Positions 22,643 through 33,492 of a DNA stretch of 64,000 nucleotides are shown here, in pieces. The translations under genes and the position numbers were made by a program. Under the pieces are notes generated by a model. The model had not been told where the DNA came from, did not search any database, and saw only the letters and a program-made list of their open reading frames with translations. Origin of the DNA: an uncultured Chloroflexia bacterium (GTDB taxonomy: Bacteria; Chloroflexota; Limnocylindria; Limnocylindrales; CSP1-4); the NCBI GenBank assembly GCA_963813335.1, contig CAWEYL010000003.1, forward strand, positions 480,001-544,000, read 5' to 3'. How positions within the stretch are numbered: position 1 is the stretch's first letter; every line of letters begins with the position of its first letter.

Positions 22643-23515
22643 ATGAGCGTCATCGAAGAACTGCAGTCCGCCGTCACCGCCGTCGCCGAGCGCGTCGGCC
22701 CGTCCATCGTCGGGATCGGCCGCGGCACGCGCGGCTCGGGCGTCGTCATCGCCGACGGCGTCGTCCTGACCAACGCCCACAACCTGCGCGGCGACGAGGT
22801 CACCGTGACGTTCGCGGACGGCCGGCAGACCCGCGGCACCGTGGCGGCCTACGACGGCGACGGCGACCTCGCGGTCGTCAAGGTCGACACGACCGGCGCG
22901 ACCCCCCTCGAGTGGGGCGACGGCGCCGTGCCGAACATCGGGACCGCGGTCTTCGGGGCGGCGGCCTCGCACGGCGGCGGGACCCGGGTCACGTTCGGCC
23001 TCGTCTCGGCTGTCGCGCGCGCGTTCCGCGGCCCCGGCGGCCGGCGCATCGAGGGCAGCGTCGAGCACACCGCGCCGATGGCTCCGGGCTCCTCCGGCGG
23101 CGCGCTCGTCGATGCCGACGGCAAGCTGCTCGGCCTCAACACCAACCGCATCGGCGAGGGCTTCTACCTCGCGCTGCCGGCCGACGCGGCCCTGCGCGCG
23201 CGGGTCGATGCGCTGACCCGCGGCGAGACCCCGACGCGCGTCCGGCTCGGCGTCGCGATCGCGCCCTCGCATGTCGCGCGACGGCTGCGCCGCTCGGTCG
23301 GCCTGCCCGACCGTGACGGCGTCCTGGTCCGCGGCGTCGAGGAGGGCAGCCCGGCCGAGGCGGCCGGCATCGAGGCCGGCGACCTGATCGTCGAGGCCGC
23401 GGGCAAGCCCGTCGCCGACGGCGACGACCTGTTCGCCGCGCTCGGCGGCGTGACCGGCCAGTACGAGGTGAAGCTGGTCCGCGGGGCCGAGGAGCGCGCC
23501 GTCACCGTCGGCTAG
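22643..23515 (+). CDS. HtrA/S1C-like serine protease with PDZ domain, no signal peptide
   Basis: LTNAH, DLAVV, PGSSGGAL catalytic triad; GSPAEAAGIEAGDLI PDZ motif. Confidence 0.9.
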   Translation: MSVIEELQSAVTAVAERVGPSIVGIGRGTRGSGVVIADGVVLTNAHNLRGDEVTVTFADGRQTRGTVAAYDGDGDLAVVKVDTTGATPLEWGDGAVPNIGTAVFGAAASHGGGTRVTFGLVSAVARAFRGPGGRRIEGSVEHTAPMAPGSSGGALVDADGKLLGLNTNRIGEGFYLALPADAALRARVDALTRGETPTRVRLGVAIAPSHVARRLRRSVGLPDRDGVLVRGVEEGSPAEAAGIEAGDLIVEAAGKPVADGDDLFAALGGVTGQYEVKLVRGAEERAVTVG

Positions 23516-23525
23516 CATCTGGCGC

Positions 23526-24250
23526 GTGGAGCGCCTGATCGCCTGGTACACGGTCAGCTCGTCGATCGGCGCGGTCGGTCGCGCTGGTCGTCGCGAACGC
23601 GATCCCGCTGGTCGGGGTGCTGTTCCTCGGCTGGGACGTGTGGACGATCCTGATCGTCTACTGGCTGGAGAACGGGATCGTCGGCATCTTCAACGTCGCG
23701 AAGATGTGGCTGGCCGAGGGCGTCGACGACGCCTCGACCGCAGACGAGGATCAACGGCCGCCCGATCCAGGGCCAGGCCAAGGGCTTCCTGATCCCGTTC
23801 TTCCTCGTCCACTACGGGATCTTCTGGGTGGTCCACGGCGTGTTCGTGCTGTCGTTCGCGGCGTTCGCCACCTTCCGCCTGGATGACGGGATGTTCCAGG
23901 GACTCGATCCCGTCCCGGATCCCGGATCGGTCGTCACCGGGCCGGACCCCGGCGCGATCGCGTTCGCGGCGCTGGCCCTGTTCATCGGGCACGGAGCGTC
24001 GTTCCTGTTCAACTACCTGGGGCGCGGCGAGTACCGCCAGGTCTCAGCCGCCGGCTTGATGTTCGCGCCGTACGGCCGCCTGGTGATCCTCCATCTGACG
24101 ATCCTGCTGGGGGCGTTCGCGATCATGGTGGTCGGGGCGCCGGTCGGCGCGATCGCGGTGCTGGTGGCCCTCAAGACGGCGATGGACCTGGGCTTCCACC
24201 TGCGCGAGCATCGGAACGTCGCGGCACGGCCGATCGCGCCGCCGGCCTAG
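23526..24250 (+). CDS. DUF6498-like membrane protein (frameshifted)
   Basis: NAIPLVGVLFLGWD, YWLENGIVG, FFLVHYGIF, MFAPYGRLVILHL. Confidence 0.75.
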
Positions 24251-24281
24251 GTTCCCGCGTGGCGCCTGGCGGCGCAACGCC

Positions 24282-24789
24282 TCAGGACCCCGCGTTCGAC
24301 GGGTCGTCCATCACCGATTCGGTCTGGCGGGCGCGCCACGCCGCGAGGCGCTCGGCGAGCGCGGGATCGGACAGCGCCAGGATCGAGGCGGCCAGCAGGC
24401 CGGCGTTGGTGGCGTTGCCGATGGCGACCGTGGCGACCGGGACGCCGCGCGGCATCTGGACGATCGACAGCAGCGAATCCAGGCCGCCGAGGTGTTGCGT
24501 CGGGATCGGCACGCCGATGACGGGCAGGGCGGTCTTCGCGGCGAGCATCCCGGGCAGGTGCGCGGCGCCGCCCGCGCCGGCGACGATCACCTTGAGCCCG
24601 CGTCCGGCGGCGCCCTCCGCGTAGCGGAAGAGGTGGTCCGGCGTCCGATGCGCCGAGACGACCTTGAGCTCGGACGGCGACGCCCAGCTCGTCGAGGACG
24701 GCGACCGCGGCCTCGAGCGTGGGGAAGTCCGAGCGGCTGCCGCCGACCACGCCGACGAGCGCCGATCCCGCCTTCGCGCCGTCGCTCAT
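24282..24789 (-). CDS. purE: N5-CAIR mutase (frameshift ~24675)
   Basis: [39 protein letters not shown]. Confidence 0.92.
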
Positions 24790-25991
24790 CGATCCTCCTT
24801 CGCCTCCGGGTCCGCCGCCCAGCCGAGGGCCGCGCGGGCGGCTCGCGCCCGGTCGAGCGCCGCGTCGACCGTGGGCCCGAGCGCCGTGACGTGCCCCATC
24901 TTGCGGCGTTCGAAGACCTCGCGCTTGTCGTAGAGGTGGAGGTGGACGTCGGGGTCGGCGAGCGCGGCGGCGACGCCGGTGAGCCGCGCGGCGCGCTTGC
25001 GGCCCCGCGCCCAGCAGGTTGACCATCGCCGTCGGCGAGAGCGCCGCGGTGGAGCCCGAGCCCCAGCCCGCAGATGGCGCGGATGTGCTGCTCGAACTGC
25101 GAGGTCGCGGCGCCCTCGATGGTCCAGTGGCCGCTGTTGTGGACGCGCGGCGCCAGCTCGTTGACGACGAGGGATCCGTCGCGGAGCAGGAACAGCTCGG
25201 CGGTCAGCGTCCCGACGAGGTCCATCGCCGCGGCCAGGCGCAGGCCGATGTCCGCGGCCGCCGGCCTGGACGCGCCGCGTCGACCGGCGCGGGCGCCACC
25301 GATTCGAAGAGGATCCCGGCGTCGTGGACGTTGCGGGAGATCGGGAAGGTCGCGGTCGAGCCGTCGAGACCGCGGGCGACGATGACCGACAGCTCCGCCT
25401 CGAAGTCGATCTCGCGCTCCGCCAGCAGGGAGGCGCCGGGCGGGCGACCGAGCGTCGCGAGGGCGCCGTCGATGTCGGCTGGCGGTCGCCGACCCGGATC
25501 TGGCCGCGGCCGTCGTAGCCGCCGCTCGATGCCTTGAGCCGGAGCGGCAGCCCGACCGCGTCCGGCGCGGCGGCCGCCCGCAGCTCGTCGGTCGTGCGGA
25601 CCTCGCGCCAGGGCGCCACGGCGATCCCGGTGCCCTCGACGAACCGGCGCTCGGCGATGCGGTCGTGGGTCACGACCAGCGGCCCGTGCCCGGGCCGGAC
25701 CGGGACGAGCGGCTCGATGGCCGCCACGACGGCCGCGGCGATGTGCTCCAGCTCGTAGGTGACGACCGCGCTGCGGCCGGCCAGGCGGAGCGCGGCGCCG
25801 ACGTCGTCGTACGCGCCGATCACCAGCTCGTCGGCGACCGACGCGCTGGGACAGTCGATGTCCGGGTCGAGGACCGCGATGCGGTAGCCCATCGAGCGGG
25901 CGGCCTGCGCGAGCATCCGGCCGAGCTGGCCGCCACCGAGGATGCCGATCGTGGCGGGCGGCAGGATCGGCGCGCCGATGGGGGTCGTCAC
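24786..25991 (-). CDS. purK: N5-CAIR synthetase (frameshifted)
   Basis: GILGGGQLGRM, GGYDGRGQ, NELAPRVHNSGHWT, SQFEQH, RKMGHVT. Confidence 0.92.
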   Translation of the reverse strand: MTTPIGAPILPPATIGILGGGQLGRMLAQAARSMGYRIAVLDPDIDCPSASVADELVIGAYDDVGAALRLAGRSAVVTYELEHIAAAVVAAIEPLVPVRPGHGPLVVTHDRIAERRFVEGTGIAVAPWREVRTTDELRAAAAPDAVGLPLRLKASSGGYDGRGQIRVGDRQPTSTAPSRRSVARPAPPCWRSARSTSRRSCRSSSPAVSTARPRPSRSPATSTTPGSSSNRWRPRRSTRRVQAGGRGHRPAPGRGDGPRRDADRRAVPAPRRIPRRQRAGAARPQQRPLDHRGRRDLAVRAAHPRHLRAGARAPPRRSRRRRWSTCWARGRKRAARLTGVAAALADPDVHLHLYDKREVFERRKMGHVTALGPTVDAALDRARAARAALGWAADPEAKEDR

Positions 25992-26098
25992 GCTCCCGAG
26001 TGTACGGGCCGGGACGACGGGGCTGCCGGTCCGTCGAGGCCGGGCCGCGCCGGCTATGACGCCCGCGATGCCCGCCCCGCACCGGGTAGCATCGGGGC

Positions 26099-27179
26099 AT
26101 GCCCGACCCCGACCGGACCGCGCTGATCCTCGATGTCGACACCGGCATCGACGACAGCCTCGCGCTGCTGTACGCCGCCGCCTCGGCCGACGCCGAGATC
26201 GTCGCCGCGACCTGCGTCTTCGGCAACACCGAGGGCGCCCAGGTGGCGATCAACACCCGTGCGGTGCTGGAGCTGGCCGGCCGCACCGACGTCGAGGTCG
26301 CGCTCGGGCGCGAGCTGCCGCTGGTCCGCGAGCTCGAGACCACGCCCGAGACCCACGGGCCGCAGGGCCTCGGCTACGCCGAGCTGCCCGCCGCCGTCGC
26401 GGCCGCTGTCCGAGCGCCACGCCGTCGACCTGATCGTCGACGAGGTCCGCCGCCGGCCGGGCGAGATCACGCTGGTCACGCTCGGCCCGCTCACGAACCT
26501 CGCCCTCGGCCCTCGACAAGGAGCCCGCCCTCCCCCGCCTGCTCCGGGGCTACACGCTGATGGGCGGCGCGTTCGGCGCGTCGGGCAACACGACGCCGAC
26601 CACCGAGTGGAACATCCACTGCGACCCGCACGCCGCGAAGATCGTGTTCGCCCGCTGGGCCGAGGCGATGGCGGCCGATCCGACGATCCCGCGCCCGCTC
26701 GCGCTCGGGCTCGACGTGACCGAGCGCGCGAAGATCCTCCCCGACGACGTGGTCCGGCTCGCGCGTCGCGCCGGCAGCACGCCGGACGACTCGATCGCCC
26801 TGGCGCACGGCGAGGACCCGATGCTCGCCACCCGGTCCGTGGCGAGCAACCCGATCGTCCGCTACGTCGCCGACGCGCTGCGCTTCTACATGGAGTTCCA
26901 CGCCCACTACGACGGCTTCTACGGCGCGTTCATCCACGATCCGCTGGCCGTCGCGGCCGCGCTGGACCGATCGCTGGTCGAGACCGAGCCGCTCTTCGTC
27001 GACGTCGAGACGCGCCGGCGAGCTCACGGCCGGGATGACCGTCGCGGACCGCCGCCACCTCACCGGCAAGCCGCCCAACCTCGACGTCGCCGTCGAGAGC
27101 GGACGTCGCGACCTTCATGGAACGGCTCATCGAACGCGTCGGGGGGCTGGCGGCGGACCGGTCCGCCGTGGCACGCTAG
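26099..27179 (+). CDS. Nucleoside hydrolase, IU-NH family (frameshifted)
   Basis: DVDTGIDD, HGPQGLG, LGPLTNLA, MGGA, EWNIHCDP, IHDPLAV. Confidence 0.9.
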
Positions 27180-27240
27180 GCGGGGAGGGTTTCGCCGGCG
27201 CGATGACGCGCCGGCGCGGCGGACGGAGGAGGAGGATCCG

Positions 27241-28474
27241 ATGGGCCTCGACTGGCTGACGATCTGCGCGGACGACAAGGCCACGAACTGCGTCCAGCCG
27301 ATCCAGCTCGCCTACTTGGTCGCCGTCATCGTCGGCGCCGTCCTCTTCGCGGTCATCGCCCGGCGGTCGCGGGACCTCTCGACGGCCACGCTGACGCTGA
27401 TGGTCGTGGCGATCGCGATCAACATCGCGGTCGGCTCGCTGGTCTACGCGCTGCGCCTCCCGATCTACCTCGATTCGATCGGCACGGTCCTCGTCGGCGC
27501 GCTCGCCGGACCGTGGGCCGGGGCGCTCACCGGGCTCCTCGCCAACCTGATCTGGTCCATCCTGCCCGTCCCGGGCGGCGCCGGGCCGACCGCGGCGTTC
27601 TTCGCGCCGGTGGCGGCGGTCATCGGCCTGATGGCCGGCTTCTGGGCGTCGCGCGGCGTCTTCCGGCTGCGCAGCGACGATGCCCGCGTCGGCGGGTTCC
27701 TCGCCCTCGCGTTCGGGATCGCGGTCGCCGGGATCGCGCTGCTCGTCGTCCAGGCGACCATCGGCATCGCGTTCGACTCGACGAACACCGATTCGCAGAA
27801 CCAGTTCGTCATCAAGGGTCTGCTCATCCTCGGGGTCGGCGTCCTCGCCGGCTGGCTCTCGCGCCGGACCATCTTCGACCTCAAGGGCGAGGACCCGCGG
27901 ATCCGGACCTACCTGGTCGCGGCCACCGCGATCTCGGCGGGTGTCCTGATCTTCGCGTTCGTCCGCCTGCTGATCGGCCCGACCGGCTACTTCTCGACCG
28001 TCGACGGCGTCCTCGACGACGGCTCGCCCGGACAGCTTCCTCGGCGGCGCCAACCTGACGGGTTTCGCGCTGAGCGACCCGCTCGGGATGATCGTCGCGC
28101 TGGTCATCGCGGTCCTGATCGCGGTCGGCATCACGTCGTGGGCACGCCGCGGCGAGAACGCCCGGCTGTTCCCGGTCTGGGTCGGCGGCCTGACCACCGG
28201 CCTGGTCGCCGCGATGATCTCGGCCCCGATCGCGGCGGGCGTCTTCGGCGGCGTGACCGGCGGCGGTACGGATGCGCTCGTGGCGCTGTTCCGCACGCTC
28301 GGGCTCAACGTGCTCCAGTCGGCGTTCGCCCAAGGGCTCACCAGCGACCCGCTCGACAAGACCATCAGCTACACGATCGTGTTCATCATCCTGAGCGCGC
28401 TGCCGATCACGGTCCGGACGATGTACAGCCGCGGCGAGACGACCGTCGCGAGCGAGCAGACGGTCGCCGCTTGA
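27241..28474 (+). CDS. ECF transporter S component with a large internal membrane insertion (frameshift ~28030)
   Basis: AIAINIAVG, LPIYLDSIGTVLVGALAGPWAG; C-terminal SAPIAAGVFGGVTG and SDPLDK. Confidence 0.8.
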
Positions 28475-28501
28475 TCGTTCGCGCGGGCTGACGGACGGAG
28501 G

Positions 28502-29278
28502 ATGTCGACCGCCACCGGCTATTTCGTCGCGGGCTCGAGCTGGCTGCACCGGCGCTACCCACTGACCAAGCTCCTGGGCCTGGCGTTCGTGCTCGTGGCG
28601 GCGTTCCTGCTGCCGCCCGTCGTGCTCGTGGTCCTCGCGTTCGTGCTCGTCGCCATCGTGTGGTCGGCCGGCCTGCTGCGGCCCGCTGCCAGGGCCATGC
28701 GCATCCCGGCCCTGCTGCTGACGTCGATCGTGGTCGTCAACGCGCTGTTCTTCCCGGGGGCGACCGACCGCCTCGTGACCGTCGGGCCGCTGTCGGTCAC
28801 CCGCGAAGGGCTCACCTTCGGGCTGATCTCCGCCGGCCGGCTGATCGTCGCCTTCCTCGCCTCGGTCACGTTCCTGTTCACGACCCTCGCCGATGACCTG
28901 CTCGAGTCGCTGGTCAGTCGCGGCGCCAGCCATCGCATCGCGTTCGTGATCCTGTCCGCGGTGCAGATGGTGCCGCGGATGCAGGCCCGCGCCGGCGCGA
29001 TCCTCCAGGCCCAGCAGGCCCGCGGGCTGCCCATCGCCGGGTCGTTCATCCGTCGCATGCGGGCGCTGGTCCCGCTGATCGGACCGGTGATGCTCGGCTC
29101 GCTCGTGGATGTCCGGGAGCGGACCTTCGCCCTTGAAGCGCGCGGGTTCGGGGCGCGACCCGGGAGGACCGCCTACCGCGTGGTCGCCGACCCGCCGACC
29201 GATCGCTGGCTGCGCCTCGCGCTCATCGCCGGCATCGTGGCGATCATCGTCGGCAGGATCGCCGGGGTCTGGCGATGA
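28502..29278 (+). CDS. ecfT: ECF transporter T component
   Basis: SWLHRRYPLTKL, AQQARG, ALEARGF. Confidence 0.9.
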   Translation: MSTATGYFVAGSSWLHRRYPLTKLLGLAFVLVAAFLLPPVVLVVLAFVLVAIVWSAGLLRPAARAMRIPALLLTSIVVVNALFFPGATDRLVTVGPLSVTREGLTFGLISAGRLIVAFLASVTFLFTTLADDLLESLVSRGASHRIAFVILSAVQMVPRMQARAGAILQAQQARGLPIAGSFIRRMRALVPLIGPVMLGSLVDVRERTFALEARGFGARPGRTAYRVVADPPTDRWLRLALIAGIVAIIVGRIAGVWR

Positions 29279-31011
29279 CGGACGCGGCGCCACCCGTCAC
29301 GACGCCGCCAACCGCGCCGCTGCGGATCGACGGACCTGCCAGGTCCGCTACCCGACGCGGCGCGACCCCAGCCTCGCCGACGTGACGGTCGCGCGTCGCC
29401 GCGGGCGAGCGCGTGGGCGTGGCGGGCCGGACCGGGGCGGGCAAGTCGACGCTCACGCTGGCGGCGGCCGGCTTCATCCCGCGGGTCGTGCGCGCGACCA
29501 TGGGCGGCACGGTGCTGATCGGCGACGCCGACACGAAGACCGCGCCGGCGGACCGCCTCCTCGGCCGGGTCGGGATCGTCTTCGCGACGCCGGCGAACCA
29601 GCTGTCCGCCTCGAAGCTGACGGTCCGCGAGGAGCTGGCCTTCGGCCTCGAGAACCTGGGCGTGCCGCGCGCCGAGATGGACGCCCGCATCGACGCCGTC
29701 CTGGACCGCCTCGCGATCGCCCACCTCGCCGATCGCGAGCCGTTCGCGCTGTCGGGCGGCGAGCAGCAGCGTGTGGCGATCGCCAGCATCATCGCGATGG
29801 GGACCGACGTGCTGGTGCTCGACGAGCCCACCGCCCAGCTCGACCCGGCGGGGACGGCGTCGGTGGCGGACCTGCTCGACGGGCTGGCCCGCTCCGGGAC
29901 CGCGATCCTGTGCGCCGAGCATGCGCCCGAGGTCCTCGGGCAGATGGACCGCTGCCTGGTCCTGGACCTCGGGCGACCGATCGCCCTCGACCGGCCGGGA
30001 CAGGCCCTGCTCGCGGCCGGTGACGCCGTCGGACTGCGGCCGCCGACGCTCGTCCGCCTAGCCCGACTCGGCGGAGCGCCCGTCGGCCAGGAGTTCGACG
30101 AGGCCGCGATCGCGGCAGCCCTGCGAGCCGCCGGCGGTCGGCTGGCGATGCCGGAGGCGCACGCGCCCGCCACCGCGTGGTCCGCCGGCGCCCGACCCGG
30201 CGCGACCGTCCGGCTCGAGGGACTCGTGCATCGCTATCCGAACGGGGTCGAGGCCGTGCGCGGGGTCTCGCTCACGGTCGAGGCCGGCGAGGCGGTCGCG
30301 ATCGTCGGCCAGAACGGATCCGGGAAGACCACCCTGGTCAAGCACCTCGACGGGCTGCTGCGCCCGGACGAGGGCCACGTCCTGCTCGACGGCGCCGACA
30401 CTGCCGAGCGGACGGTCGCCGAGCTGGCGGCCACCGTCGGATTCGTGTTCCAGAACCCCGACGAGCAACTCTTCGAGCGATCGGTGGAGCGCGAGGTCGC
30501 GTTCGGTCCGCGCAACCTGGGGCGACCCCCGACCGAGATCCCCGGGCTCGTCGAGCGCAGCCTGGCGGCCGTCGGGCTGCTCGAGGTCCGCGCGACCAAC
30601 CCGTACGACCTCGACCTGTCGCGCCGCAAGCTCGTGGCGCTGGCCGGCGTCCTCGCGATGGACCCGGCGGTGCTCGTCCTCGACGAGCCGACGACCGGGC
30701 AGGACGCCGATGGCATCGAGCGCGTCGAGCGCGTCGTCCATGCGTATCGAGAGGCCGGGCGGACCGTCATCGCGATCACCCACGACATGGAGTTCGCGGC
30801 CGCCAACTTCACGCGCATCGTCGTCATGCGCCTCGGCGAGGTGGTCCTCGACGGTCCGCCGGCCGCGGTGTTCCAGGCGTCGAACGCGGACCTACTGGCC
30901 ACGACCGGGCTGACGCTGCCGCCGGTGGCCCGGATCGGCGCCCTGCTGGGGCTCGACCCGGCCCCGCTGGACCTGCGCTCCCTCGTCGAGGCGCTCGCGG
31001 TGCGCGGCTGA
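29275..31011 (+). CDS. ECF transporter fused double ATPase (frameshifted N-terminus)
   Basis: GRTGAGKST, LSGGEQQR, LDEPT; second domain GQNGSGKTT, FQNPDEQLF, LDEPTTGQD. Confidence 0.9.
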
Positions 31012-31082
31012 GCACCGCCGGCGGAACCAGCCGAACGTCCCATATGGCCGATACGTGGCCGTCGAGTATCCTGCGCACCGTG

Positions 31083-32642
31083 ATGCCCGCGCGCCGCCAT
31101 GCCCGAGGCCGCTCCACGCCCCGCTGGCTCGTTGCCGTCGTGCTCCTCGGGATCCTCATCTCGGCCTGTTCGCCGGCCGAGCCGAGTCCGAAGACGACGG
31201 TCGTCCCGAGCCCCGGCGCCAGCGGCTCGATCAGCCCCGATGCGAGCAGCGCCGTCACCCCGACCAGGCCACCGGTCGCGCCGGCCAAGTGGACCGACTG
31301 CGGGAGCGGCTTCCAGTGCGCCAACCTGCGCGTCCCGAAGGACTACGCCGACCCCGCCAAGGGCACGCTCCAGCTGGCGCTGCTCCGCCTGCCGGCGACC
31401 GACCGGTCGCAGCGCATCGGCTCGCTGATCATCAACCCGGGCGGCCCGGGCGGGTCCGGTGTCGACTTCGTCCGCGACGGCGCCAGCCAGTTCCCGAGCG
31501 CCATCCGCAAGCAGTTCGACCTCGTCGGCTTCGACCCGCGCGGCGTCAACACCAGCAGCCCCGTCCGCTGCATCGACAACCTGGACCTGCAGGCCGACCT
31601 CGACCCGTCGCCCGACAACGCGGCGGAGCTCAGCGCGCTCGTCGACCAGGCCCACCAGTACGCCGACGCCTGCGCGAAGCGCAACGCCGCGGTGCTCCCG
31701 TACCTCTCGACGGCCGCCGTGGTCGACGACCTCGACACCATCCGGGCCGCCGTCGGCGACGAGAAGCTCAGCTACTTCGGCTTCTCGTACGGGACGCTGA
31801 TCGGCTCGATGTACGCGGACAAGTACCCGGACAAGATCCGGGCGATGGTCCTCGACGGCGCGCTCGACCCGCAGCTGAGCGAGGTCCAGCTGCGGACCGG
31901 CCAGGCCAAGGCCTTCAACGCCGCCCTGACGCGCTTCCTCAACAGCTGCGCGAAGCGCTCGTCGTGCGCGTTCCACGAGGGCGGCAAGACGGTCAAGGCG
32001 TTCGACGCGCTGATGGCCAAGATCGACAAGAAGCCGCTGCCGATCCTGCGCATCGCCGGGCGGCGCAAGGTGGGGCCCGGGCTCGCCTTCACGGCGGTCC
32101 TCGGCTCGCTCTACAACAAGGCCAGCTACCCCGCCCTCGAGAAGGCCCTCGCGCTCGCCAAGGCCGGGGACGGCCGGCTCCTCGTCCTGCTGTCCGACCC
32201 GTTCCGCGGGCGGAAGCCCAACGGCTCCTACTCGAACCAGAGCGACGCGTACTTCTCGAACACCTGCCTGGACTTCCCGGTCTCGGCCGACGTCGCCGAC
32301 TACACGGCCCTCGCCAATAACCTCCGCAAGGTCGCGCCGCGGTTCCGGGCGGTGGCCTTCAACGACCTGCCGTGCGCGTTCTGGTCGGTCCCGCCCGAGC
32401 GGACGCCGGCCCCGGCGACCGGCGCCGGCGCGCCGCCGATCGTGGTGATCGGCTCGACCGGGGACCCGGCGACGCCCTTCCAGTGGGCGAGGAACCTGGC
32501 CGCCCAGCTCGAGTCCGGGACGCTCATCACCCGCAAGGGCGAGGGCCACACCGGCTACTTCTTCAGCAATTGCGTGCGGAAGGCGACGAACGCCTACCTG
32601 CTCGCCCTGACGGTCCCCAAGAAGAACCTCGTCTGCAAGTAG
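31083..32642 (+). CDS. Lipoprotein alpha/beta hydrolase (TAP-like peptidase)
   Basis: Lipobox LISAC, NPGGPGGSG, FDPRG, GFSYG, GDPATP, GEGHTG. Confidence 0.9.
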   Translation: MPARRHARGRSTPRWLVAVVLLGILISACSPAEPSPKTTVVPSPGASGSISPDASSAVTPTRPPVAPAKWTDCGSGFQCANLRVPKDYADPAKGTLQLALLRLPATDRSQRIGSLIINPGGPGGSGVDFVRDGASQFPSAIRKQFDLVGFDPRGVNTSSPVRCIDNLDLQADLDPSPDNAAELSALVDQAHQYADACAKRNAAVLPYLSTAAVVDDLDTIRAAVGDEKLSYFGFSYGTLIGSMYADKYPDKIRAMVLDGALDPQLSEVQLRTGQAKAFNAALTRFLNSCAKRSSCAFHEGGKTVKAFDALMAKIDKKPLPILRIAGRRKVGPGLAFTAVLGSLYNKASYPALEKALALAKAGDGRLLVLLSDPFRGRKPNGSYSNQSDAYFSNTCLDFPVSADVADYTALANNLRKVAPRFRAVAFNDLPCAFWSVPPERTPAPATGAGAPPIVVIGSTGDPATPFQWARNLAAQLESGTLITRKGEGHTGYFFSNCVRKATNAYLLALTVPKKNLVCK

Positions 32643-32658
32643 GGTCGGGGCGCGGGCC

Positions 32659-33045
32659 TCAGCGGCGGTCCTGACCGACCACCACGAGCAGGAACGACGT
32701 CTCGACCACGTCGATCCCCGCGATGACCAGCGCGACCAGCAGCGGCAGCGGGTGACCGAGACCCCAGCCCCCCGCGGCCGCGAACGCGGCGATGGCCAGG
32801 AACGCCAGGCGCACGCCGCGGATCAACCCCGGCACGTCCGTGGTCCCCTCGGCCATCCGGGCGAGACTGCGCGACAGCAGCAGCACGCCGACCGCCACGG
32901 ACGCGCCCACCAGCGCGGCGCGGATGACGGTCGGCGGCGTCACGAGCGCGTCGAGCAGGCCGGCGGTGGAGCCGAGGACCGTGGCCGCGACCACCGCGAC
33001 CGCGCCGATCGCGAGCGCCCCGAGCGACGCCGCGCGCGGGCTCAC
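32659..33045 (-). CDS. Hypothetical membrane protein
   Basis: Hydrophobic 128-aa ORF coupled to the JAB gene. Confidence 0.7.
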   Translation of the reverse strand: MSPRAASLGALAIGAVAVVAATVLGSTAGLLDALVTPPTVIRAALVGASVAVGVLLLSRSLARMAEGTTDVPGLIRGVRLAFLAIAAFAAAGGWGLGHPLPLLVALVIAGIDVVETSFLLVVVGQDRR

Positions 33046-33492
33046 GCCAGCGTCACCTCGTGGACCTCGCCGGCGACGATCCGCCAGGCGCGGACGCCCG
33101 GCTCGCCGGTCGCGGGATCGGCCTGGTCGTCGGCCAGCGAGACCAGCAGGTACAGCGCGTCGGGGTAGAAGGCGAGGCCGATGTCGGTCGGCGACGGGAC
33201 CGCCGGCGAGTGCGTGTGCGAATGGACGATCCCCCAGAAGACCTCGTCCGCATCGTCGGTCGCGATCGTCAGGCGGTACAGGTCGTCGGGGTCGATCTCG
33301 TAGCGGAGCGGGGAGGCCGCCTTGTTCCTCGTGGCCTCGAAGCGGAGCGCCTGCCCGCCGTCAGCCGCCGGCGCGTCGCCCACGATCAGGCCGCACGCCT
33401 CGTTCGGGATACTCGGCCCGGGCATGCGCGACGAGCGCGGCGCGGATCGCCGCGGGGAGCACGGCGGTCGCCGGCCCGGGATGGGCGCTCAC
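33042..33492 (-). CDS. mec: JAB/MPN (M67) metallopeptidase, Mec-like CysO-cysteine peptidase (frameshift ~33410)
   Basis: PNEACGLI and HSHTHSPAVPSPTD JAMM motif; directly downstream of cysM. Confidence 0.85.

Noticed and set aside
25992-26098. ZTP or purine riboswitch before purK
   Set aside because: purK appears leaderless (TACACT 7 nt before GTG) and no aptamer motifs are seen
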